27,396 nucleotides of DNA from Rheinheimera soli (GTDB lineage: Bacteria; Pseudomonadota; Gammaproteobacteria; Enterobacterales; Alteromonadaceae), in the NCBI RefSeq assembly GCF_021290985.1, contig NZ_JAJOYU010000043.1, positions 1 to 27,396 on the forward strand. Reading direction: 5' to 3'. Both the position numbers and the translations under genes were made by a program. Of this stretch, positions 6,306 through 13,939 are shown one piece after another. Under the pieces are notes generated by a model. The model saw nothing but the letters and a program-made list of their open reading frames with translations, was not told where the DNA came from and ran no database searches. Position 1 is the stretch's first letter. The number at the start of each line of letters is the position of its first letter.

Positions 6306-7570
6306 TTTTTCTTTTTCTCAGCCTGATACACAGAATGAACCCAGTCAGGATTGCCATCATTGGGTGCAGGCTGAATACCTAAAATACGGCACATCAGGTT
6401 ATACAATTCGATATTGGAAAAGGCCGGAATTTGACTGCCTGCGGCAAAAGCCGGACCGTACCCCACAAAAATAGCCTGCATAGCCGGGCTATTATTATCA
6501 TAACCATGGCTGCCAGTCACAGCGCTACGGCCTGGTTTTTCCAGCCATTCTTTTTGTCTATGTTTTTGCATTAAACGCCAGCCAGTGTCAGGTACCACTA
6601 ACAATGGAGCTATACGTGTACTGTTCTGGTAGTGCCAGCGTTCCGGTAACTCAGACTTTTTATAAACCCTGGCCTGAGGTGGCAGTGACGTTTTTAACTG
6701 CTGGTAAATAGCTTCTAATTCGGCTTTTTTTGGAAAAATAGAGACTATCTCTGGGGTCCATAACACCAAAGCCGCTTTTTTCTGGTCAAACAGCTGATCC
6801 ATCGCCATCACCTGATCCTGTGGCACTTTGGCCATACCATGATCTGATACCAGCATCAGGTTTATGCTGTGTTGCAAGCCTCTTTGTTGCAGCCCCTTCA
6901 CCAGCACACCCAGCGCCTGATCCACATCCGCAATAGCGTCAGCCACCTGTTTTGACTCAGGGCCATAAGCATGCCCTGCGTCATCCACCGAGCTAAAATA
7001 CAACGTCAGAAACTTGGGACGCTGCTCAACTGGTAAATCCAGCCAGGCCAACACAGAGTTCACTCTATCGATATTACTGACAGAGCCATCATAGGCTTGC
7101 CACAAGCCAGGCCTGACCCCTTTAATAGCCGCTTCTGAACCGGGGAAAAAATAGGTACCGGTTTTAACCCCCTGCTTCTCTGCAGTCACCCAAATAGGCT
7201 CACCCAACCACCAGCGGCCATTGGTAACTTCCTCTGGTTTGCTCATACGAAACACAGCATCAAAATCAGCATCGTAAATATTATTTTCGACAATACCGTG
7301 ATTCGCCGGGTACAAACCTGTGGCTATGCTGTAGTGGTTAGGGAAGGTTTTTGTCGGAAAGACCGGCTGCATACTAAGGGCTCTGGCACCACCTTGGGCA
7401 AGTTGGTGTAAAACAGGTGCTTTGTAACTATCCCAGTACTTCTGACCAAAACCGTCGATGGAGATCAGCAGCAAACTATGATCCTGTGACTGTGAATGCG
7501 ACTTCGCTTGTGCACTATGAAGATCGAGGCTGATCACTAAGCACAACAAAACCAGAAAAAAACTACGCAC
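6302..7570 (-). CDS. Secreted ectonucleotide pyrophosphatase/phosphodiesterase (NPP family, alkaline-phosphatase superfamily)
   Basis: Signal peptide present. Motifs LLLISIDGFG, PTKTFPNHYSIATGLYPANHGIV (catalytic Thr) and ...VSDHGM are present. Confidence 0.85.
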   Translation of the reverse strand: MRSFFLVLLCLVISLDLHSAQAKSHSQSQDHSLLLISIDGFGQKYWDSYKAPVLHQLAQGGARALSMQPVFPTKTFPNHYSIATGLYPANHGIVENNIYDADFDAVFRMSKPEEVTNGRWWLGEPIWVTAEKQGVKTGTYFFPGSEAAIKGVRPGLWQAYDGSVSNIDRVNSVLAWLDLPVEQRPKFLTLYFSSVDDAGHAYGPESKQVADAIADVDQALGVLVKGLQQRGLQHSINLMLVSDHGMAKVPQDQVMAMDQLFDQKKAALVLWTPEIVSIFPKKAELEAIYQQLKTSLPPQARVYKKSELPERWHYQNSTRIAPLLVVPDTGWRLMQKHRQKEWLEKPGRSAVTGSHGYDNNSPAMQAIFVGYGPAFAAGSQIPAFSNIELYNLMCRILGIQPAPNDGNPDWVHSVYQAEKKKN

Positions 7571-7701
7571 AAAGCACCTGCTTATATCGAAAAATCAGCA
7601 GTGTACTGAGCACCGCAGGCAGTCATATGACAAAACCGACCAAAAGTAAAAAAAATGCTATCAACGGCGAAAAACCAGGCCTCGGCATCATAAAAAGCGG
7701 T

Positions 7702-8781
7702 TCAGGCCACTACTTGCCAACGACCGCCTTTGGCTGGCCCTGTGCGAAGTAACTTGCCTTCAGCTTTTAATTTTGCCAATTGTTTTTCTATAGCTCTGGA
7801 GCTTAACCCCAGTTCATCTGCGATGGTTTTAGCACTTAATCTGTTGTCTTTTTTCAGTTTCTTTAAAATTTGATCTTCGGTTTTATACCAGGGACCTGGC
7901 GTTTTTGTTTTCACTTTTTGTGTTTGCAGTTGCACAAATTGTGACAAATCCACCAAAGGCTGATCCGGCAAATTTGCCGTCTGACTAAGACTATTGAACT
8001 CGGCCTGCTGCAACTGCAGCTGCTCTAATTCAACGCTCAGTGTTTCATTGATGCTACGCAACATAAACAAAATAAAAGCCGTTGCATCGTATTTAGGCAC
8101 GGACTGACGTAAAGCTTTTTGGTAGTCGCGTGTTTTATCTTTAAGCACAGCAGTAAAGGGCAAATAAGCAAAAAAAGACTGCCATTGAGTTAAAACTAAA
8201 TGCTGCCATAAGCGACAAAGACGGCCATTGCCATCGGAGAACGGATGTATAAAGGCCAGTTGATAATGCATTAAACAGGAAATCAGTAACGGATGTACTT
8301 GTTCATGCTGCAGTTTCCCCAACAGCTCATCCACCAAAGCGGACACTTTGGCCGGTGCTGGTGGCATATGCACCAGTTTGTGGCCCTCATACACCCCAGC
8401 GCCCTGCTTTCTGTACTGTCCGGCATCAGTGGATACTGAACTCATAAACTCTGCATGAGCCTTGCGTAAATCGGCACTTTGATAAGGATTAAACTGATCC
8501 AGCCTTTGATACAAAGCCAGAGCATTTTGCGCTTGCTGGATATCCTGCACCAAGGCTACTACGCGTTTACCAGCCGCAAGCTCCTGCAACTGCAGCAATG
8601 ACAGGGAATTGTGGTCTAAAGCCAGACTAGCCTGCAAAGCTTTGTTCTGTAATTCCAGGCGTTGTTGCAATGACAACGAAGTCAGAAACACCGACCACTG
8701 GGCCAGTTGCTGTTCAATCTGCTGAATTAACTCCGGGATTTCCGGATTCGGCTGATAAAAGGTCTGGTATCTATCCATCAC
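7702..8781 (-). CDS. Fic family protein (probable AMPylase) with a C-terminal winged-helix DNA-binding domain
   Basis: Fic motif HPFSDGNGRLCR. The C-terminal segment LSAKTIADELGLSSRAIEKQLAKLKAEGKL is HTH-like. Confidence 0.85.
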   Translation of the reverse strand: MMDRYQTFYQPNPEIPELIQQIEQQLAQWSVFLTSLSLQQRLELQNKALQASLALDHNSLSLLQLQELAAGKRVVALVQDIQQAQNALALYQRLDQFNPYQSADLRKAHAEFMSSVSTDAGQYRKQGAGVYEGHKLVHMPPAPAKVSALVDELLGKLQHEQVHPLLISCLMHYQLAFIHPFSDGNGRLCRLWQHLVLTQWQSFFAYLPFTAVLKDKTRDYQKALRQSVPKYDATAFILFMLRSINETLSVELEQLQLQQAEFNSLSQTANLPDQPLVDLSQFVQLQTQKVKTKTPGPWYKTEDQILKKLKKDNRLSAKTIADELGLSSRAIEKQLAKLKAEGKLLRTGPAKGGRWQVVA

Positions 8782-9023
8782 ACAACCACCTGCATTTATT
8801 CAATGTAGTGAACTTATTGACTAGCTAAGACTAATAGAGGTTCACTGAAAAAACAAAGCCTTAGCGATATTTGAGCAATTTTTCTAAATTTTAAGAAATA
8901 AAACTGCAAAAACTGAATAGAACAGCTTGCTTTCGTTATCCGGCTCAATAACTATTGAGTCAGACTATATAAGTAGCTTTAACCCATCTGACAGTGGTTA
9001 AACAGGATTAAGCAGGAGTTTTT

Positions 9024-12000
9024 GTGCAAGTAAAGCGTTACTCTACTTCTGAGCTTACGCTGCGATTTTGGGCAGCCATTGCGTTGTTATTGACCTTCAG
9101 CGTAATTTTTGTTGCTTATGTCTACGCAGAAAAACGTATTGATGCAGCCAATGATCAACGGGTGTATTCGTTGAAAATCATTGGTGAGTTACGTCAGTCT
9201 TCCGATGACTTAACCCGTATGGTGCGAAGCTACATCGCAACGGGAGAACATCGCTACAAAAACCACTTCAATGAAATTATTGCGATACGAAATGGCCAAG
9301 CGGCCAGGCCGGTTAATTACCATCAGGTGTACTGGGATTTAGTTGGCGAAGAAAACCAAAGACCCCGCCCCGCAGGCTCTCGTGTAGCCTTATTGGATTT
9401 AATGAAAGCCACAGGCTTTACCGATGCAGAACTGTCTGCACTACAGGAAGCCAAAATTCAGTCCGATCTGTTAGCTGTAACAGAGCAAAAAGCCATGCAG
9501 CTGCTGGAAAGACCAGAGCTTGATCCCGCACAGAAAGAAAAAAACAAGCAACAGGCACTGCTGAGCGTTTTTGATTTGAACTACCACAATACCAAAATGG
9601 CCATTATGCAACCCATAGCCACTGTCTATAGCATGGTAGACCAGCGCACAGCGGATGAAGTGGAAGATGCGATGTTTAATGCTCTGGTGATGCGTATTCT
9701 GTTTATTCTGTCTGGTTTACTGCTGTTTTATTCACTTTGGGATATTAAAAGAGTACACAACAGTATTCTTGGAGCTTCTGTCAGCCATTTGTACGACCAA
9801 ATCAAAGCCATGGGTCGGGGTGAAGTGCTGCACGATGCAGAACTGCGTAAAGCTAAGCCTGGCAGTATCATGAGCTGGCTGGGCGCAACCCAGCTTCGGC
9901 TGAATAGTTCTATTCGGGAACGTCAGACCCTGATCCAGACGCTGCAGCAAAAAGAGCAATACCAACGCACCTTGATTGACAGTATTCCTTTTGTGGTCTG
10001 GTTAAAGGACATTCACAGCCGCTATCTGGAAGTCAACCAGAAGTTTGCTGAGCAGTTTCAGCACCGTACTACCAGTCAGTTGGTGGGAAAAACAGATGCA
10101 GAGTTATTTGATGCTCAACGTGCCTTAAATCATGTAGTCCACGATAAACAAGTGCTGACATCAGGTCAGCCACAGGTGATCCGGTCACAACATAAAACTG
10201 AAACAGAGCAGCATTGGTTTGAAACTTACAAAGCCCCAGTGTTGGTTGATGATGAATATGTGGGTACTGTTGGTTTATCCCGGGATATTACGCTGGAGCA
10301 CACAGCAGATAACAAATTACGGCTGTCAGCCAGCGTGTTCACCCATGCCCGCGAAGGCATTATGATCACAGATCCTTTAGGTGTGATGATTGATGTGAAC
10401 CAGGCATTTACCGAGATCACAGGCTACAGTGCCAAACAAGCCATAGGCTGTACCCCACGTTTATTGCAGTCTGAGCATCAGGATGAACTTGCTTTTAGCT
10501 CGATGTGGCAAAGCTTGCAGCAACAAGGCTTCTGGTCTGGTGAGTTATGGAGTCGTAAGGCGTCAGGCGAAGATTTTTTCCAAAGCCTGACTTTAAGTGC
10601 AGTACTGGATGATAAAGGCCAGTTACAACATTATGTCGGGCTGTTTTCTGACATTACCAACCAGTATCAGCAGCAACAACACCTTGAAAAAATTGCGCTA
10701 TATGACTCAATGACCGGTTTACCAAACCGCAGTGCTTTAGCCCAACAGCTGCAGCTACTCATGAAAAAATCAACTGATGAGCAGATGCTTGCTATTGCTT
10801 ATCTTGATTTAGATGGCTTTAAAGAAATTAACGACCGCCACGGTCACGAAACCGGCGACCAGTTTTTAATTGCCTTGTCGGAACGCTTAGGAGCTCAGTT
10901 GGAAGAAACTGAGTTACTGGCCCGTATCGGCGGTGATGAATTTGTGGTGTTATTGCCCGCATTAAAGGACAAAAAGGCTGGTCTGGCCAAAATTCAGCAA
11001 CTGCTGGATGTGGTAGCTAAACCGCTGAAAATAGACGAATGGATGTTGTCAGTGTCTGCCAGTATAGGCCTGACTTTTTACCCTCAGACGGATGCCACTG
11101 AAGCAGAACAACTGATACGTCAGGCCGATCATGCCATGTATCAGGCTAAGCAGGATGGTAAAAATCGCTGCCATCTGTTTGATACCGACTACGCCCGAAG
11201 TTTACGCGGCCACCAGGAAACCATAGTAGAAATCAGACAAGGCCTGGCGCTTAAACAGTTCAGGTTGTTTTATCAGCCCAAAGTCAATATGCATACAGGT
11301 GAAGTGATAGGTGCTGAAGCCCTGATCCGTTGGTTGCATCCACAAAAAGGTATGGTCGCTCCTGCTTTATTTTTACCTGCAATAGAACAACACAGTCTGG
11401 GGGTCGAGCTGGGTTATTGGGTGATTGAAGAAGCTTTACGTCAATTGGCTGAATGGCAACGTCAGGGTATGACTATCCCTGTGAGTGTCAATATTTCAGC
11501 CTATCACTTACAGCAGCTGGATTTTGTTAATCGCCTGCAATTGTTACTGCATTTTTATTCAGACGTGCCGGCCTCTTTGTTGCAACTGGAAATTCTGGAA
11601 ACCAGTGCGCTGAATGACTTAACCCATGTACAGGCCGTGATGCAGGCCTGTATTCGCAGCGGCGTCAGTTTTGCGCTGGATGATTTTGGCACTGGTTATT
11701 CGTCGTTAACCTACTTAAAACGTTTACCAGCAACAGTGCTGAAAATAGACCAGAGTTTTGTTCGCGATATGCTGGTCGACCCGGACGATTTAGCTATTCT
11801 CAAAGGCATTATTGTATTAGCCAATGAGTTTAAACGTGAAATTGTCGCTGAAGGGGTAGAAACCACAGAGCATGGCGAAATGCTGCTGCAATTAGGTTGT
11901 ACTCATGCTCAGGGGTACGGCATAGCCCGTCCTATGCCCGCCGAGCAATTTATGCCATGGAAAAAAGCCTGGCTGCCACCTGATGTCTGGGCTGCAGCAC

Positions 12001-12074
12001 TGGTGGGATCAGGTATTCATCCTTCAGGCTCCGATAAAACACTGACCACACACTCTCAGCACAGAGCCGTTTAA
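9024..12074 (+). CDS. Membrane sensor with PAS domains, GGDEF diguanylate cyclase and EAL phosphodiesterase domains
   Basis: GTG start. The N-terminal sensor region is flanked by transmembrane segments and looks CHASE3-like (RSYIATGEHRY). Two PAS-like segments follow, then RIGGDEF, EALIRW, DDFGTGYSSL, KIDQSF and EGVET. Both catalytic signatures appear intact. Confidence 0.9.
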   Translation: MQVKRYSTSELTLRFWAAIALLLTFSVIFVAYVYAEKRIDAANDQRVYSLKIIGELRQSSDDLTRMVRSYIATGEHRYKNHFNEIIAIRNGQAARPVNYHQVYWDLVGEENQRPRPAGSRVALLDLMKATGFTDAELSALQEAKIQSDLLAVTEQKAMQLLERPELDPAQKEKNKQQALLSVFDLNYHNTKMAIMQPIATVYSMVDQRTADEVEDAMFNALVMRILFILSGLLLFYSLWDIKRVHNSILGASVSHLYDQIKAMGRGEVLHDAELRKAKPGSIMSWLGATQLRLNSSIRERQTLIQTLQQKEQYQRTLIDSIPFVVWLKDIHSRYLEVNQKFAEQFQHRTTSQLVGKTDAELFDAQRALNHVVHDKQVLTSGQPQVIRSQHKTETEQHWFETYKAPVLVDDEYVGTVGLSRDITLEHTADNKLRLSASVFTHAREGIMITDPLGVMIDVNQAFTEITGYSAKQAIGCTPRLLQSEHQDELAFSSMWQSLQQQGFWSGELWSRKASGEDFFQSLTLSAVLDDKGQLQHYVGLFSDITNQYQQQQHLEKIALYDSMTGLPNRSALAQQLQLLMKKSTDEQMLAIAYLDLDGFKEINDRHGHETGDQFLIALSERLGAQLEETELLARIGGDEFVVLLPALKDKKAGLAKIQQLLDVVAKPLKIDEWMLSVSASIGLTFYPQTDATEAEQLIRQADHAMYQAKQDGKNRCHLFDTDYARSLRGHQETIVEIRQGLALKQFRLFYQPKVNMHTGEVIGAEALIRWLHPQKGMVAPALFLPAIEQHSLGVELGYWVIEEALRQLAEWQRQGMTIPVSVNISAYHLQQLDFVNRLQLLLHFYSDVPASLLQLEILETSALNDLTHVQAVMQACIRSGVSFALDDFGTGYSSLTYLKRLPATVLKIDQSFVRDMLVDPDDLAILKGIIVLANEFKREIVAEGVETTEHGEMLLQLGCTHAQGYGIARPMPAEQFMPWKKAWLPPDVWAAALVGSGIHPSGSDKTLTTHSQHRAV

Positions 12075-13343
12075 ACCAGCGGCATCTGGTCGTGCAAAAA
12101 AAGCCACAGCCAAAGCCACATCCTGAGGTAAGCCTGCCTGACTCAGCGAGTTTAACCGCCGTCCCACTTCACGTGGGATGGCCGGCATGGCGGCTGTCAT
12201 TTGCGTTTCAATAAAACCTGGGGCTATGGCGTTAAAGGTAATGCCTCTGTGGTCCTGCATCGCCATATACTGGCAATACCCGACTAAAGCGGCTTTTGAG
12301 CTGGCATAGTTAGTTTGGCCTTTTTGCCCTGCCAGACCATTCATCGACGACAACAGCAGCACCCTGCCGTCCGATTGGATCAATTGCTGTTCCAGTAGCA
12401 GTGAATTAATACGCTGCACAGCACGCAGATTAACCTCCAGAGTTTGAGTCCACTGAGCCTCTGTCATTCTGTGGAATAATTTATCGCGGGTAATACCAGC
12501 GTTGTGTACCAGAATATCCAGTATCAGCCCGCGCTCTGTTAACCATTGCTGCAGTTGCTGAGCGCTGTTGCTTTGACTGATATCCAGCGCCAGACTTTTG
12601 CCTTGCAACTGCAGCATCAAGGCGTTAAGCGCATCTTCGGCTTGTGGAATGTCCAGCCCAATGACGGTAGCGCCCTGCTCTGTCAGCGTTGTGGCTATGG
12701 CAGCACCAATGCCACGGGCCGCACCTGTCACCAAAGCAACTTTCCCCTGAAGTGGTTTTTGCCATGGACTGAGTTCAGCTATTTTTGCTGCACGTACGGG
12801 CAACACCTGGCCTGTGACATAAGCTGATGCTTTGGAGAGAAAAAACTCTGCCGCAGGCAACAGACTCTGCTGTACGCCCTGGTGCAAAGACAATAAATTT
12901 GCTGTACTGCCAAAACGCCCCAGCTCTTTGGCTATAGAGCGGGTAAAGCCTGATAAAGCGGCAGCTGCGGCTGCAGCATCTGAGTTGCTGGTATCAGCTA
13001 AAGCCCGCGCCAGGATCAATACACGGCCGTTCTTCGCCAAAGCAGGTAAAACACTGTGTAACTCTTGCCAGACTAAATCCAGCTCTGCGGTGCTTTGCAG
13101 CTCTGTACCATCAAAAATAATGGCCTGAAATGGCCCGCCAGAAGCTTCATCAAAGCGAATATCCGGCAGATGGCTTAAATGCTGACGCAGCAACAGACTG
13201 TGCTGAGATGTCTTTCCGCACAACAATACTGAACCGCTCAAACAGGAGCTTTCACCTTGTGGTCGTTGCAAAGGCGTGGCTTGTGGTACACCACACCAGC
13301 GGCCTAGTGCAGAATCTGCTAAAGCTGTAACCCAGGATGTCAT
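12024..13343 (-). CDS. Two-domain short-chain dehydrogenase, 3-oxoacyl-ACP reductase (FabG)-like
   Basis: The C-terminal SDR domain has VALVTGAARGIGAAIA, NAGI and YASSK. The N-terminal domain of about 190 aa is as seen in high-molecular-weight FabG-type proteins. Confidence 0.8.
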   Translation of the reverse strand: MTSWVTALADSALGRWCGVPQATPLQRPQGESSCLSGSVLLCGKTSQHSLLLRQHLSHLPDIRFDEASGGPFQAIIFDGTELQSTAELDLVWQELHSVLPALAKNGRVLILARALADTSNSDAAAAAAALSGFTRSIAKELGRFGSTANLLSLHQGVQQSLLPAAEFFLSKASAYVTGQVLPVRAAKIAELSPWQKPLQGKVALVTGAARGIGAAIATTLTEQGATVIGLDIPQAEDALNALMLQLQGKSLALDISQSNSAQQLQQWLTERGLILDILVHNAGITRDKLFHRMTEAQWTQTLEVNLRAVQRINSLLLEQQLIQSDGRVLLLSSMNGLAGQKGQTNYASSKAALVGYCQYMAMQDHRGITFNAIAPGFIETQMTAAMPAIPREVGRRLNSLSQAGLPQDVALAVAFFARPDAAGLNGSVLRVCGQCFIGA

Positions 13344-13852
13344 GACTAGTCTCTGTCGGCTTAAAAACTTCAGTTATCTTAACGGCATACAGGCAGTGAT
13401 ACCAGCTCTGGTTACTCACAGACACAGAGCCAGTAGATGAGAAGTAAGGCGAAAATATGTTTAGCGGGGAGCCGACGTCTGTGCCCTGCTCTTTCTGCTG
13501 GATTTGTTCGTTCGGCCCATCGCAACTCTCCGACCACTCAAGCAATCAGCCCCTAGTGCAGCGGGCAAACTTCCCGGATATATAAACTAATTTTTTGTAT
13601 TTGCACTCTTTAGGTGCTGAACATTTATGCAGCATAAACAGTGACAGGCAATTCCAAACCTCAGGTTATATCTGAGTCTCTGATTTACAACAAAAAACGA
13701 CCTCAAAACCTTCCCAAGAAAACGCGTGAAGATTGCAGCGACCCAGGTTAAAAAACAACGATAGCATTGGCATCCGGTACTTTGCCATCCCTTAGTGACG
13801 CACCACTTTGAACGACAACGCACAATATCTGTGCAAATCTTCAATTTATATG

Positions 13853-13881
13853 TTGAAAAAACGTTCATCCTGCATTATAAA
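13853..13881 (+). promoter_or_regulatory. Candidate sigma70 promoter of the susC-like operon
   Basis: TTGAAA (13853..13858), an exact 17-nt spacer, then TATAAA (13876..13881), about 60 nt upstream of the ATG at 13940. Confidence 0.5.
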
Positions 13882-13883
13882 CA

Positions 13884-13897
13884 AAAAGACAACGTTG
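13884..13897. promoter_or_regulatory. Candidate LacI-family operator (palindromic core CAACGTTG)
   Basis: AAAAGACAACGTTG lies directly downstream of the candidate -10 box. An identical 14-mer recurs at 24569..24582, upstream of the LacI gene. The CG-centred palindrome ACAACGTTGT (13889..13898) fits the LacI-family operator style. Confidence 0.45.
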
Positions 13898-13939
13898 TTT
13901 ATTGTCGATAAAAATAACATTACATCAACAGGACAAGAC

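Noticed and set aside
12546-13330. Plus-strand ORFs 12546..12827, 12832..13128 and 13130..13330
   Set aside because: They are antisense shadows within the GC-richer SDR gene. Ala/Ser-rich low-complexity translations are typical of the reverse frame.
13400-13560. Minus-strand stretch beginning GGGGCTGATT..., which superficially recalls the 5' end of tmRNA
   Set aside because: The similarity stops after about 10 nt. There is no tag reading frame, tRNA-like 3' end or other tmRNA, SRP or 6S features. It is retained only as part of the unexplained intergenic gap.
13808-13939. TTG start at 13808 for the susC-like gene (ORF-track start)
   Set aside because: It would add 44 non-signal-like residues and would cover the candidate promoter and operator. 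The ATG at 13940 gives a normal signal peptide and has an AGGA RBS.
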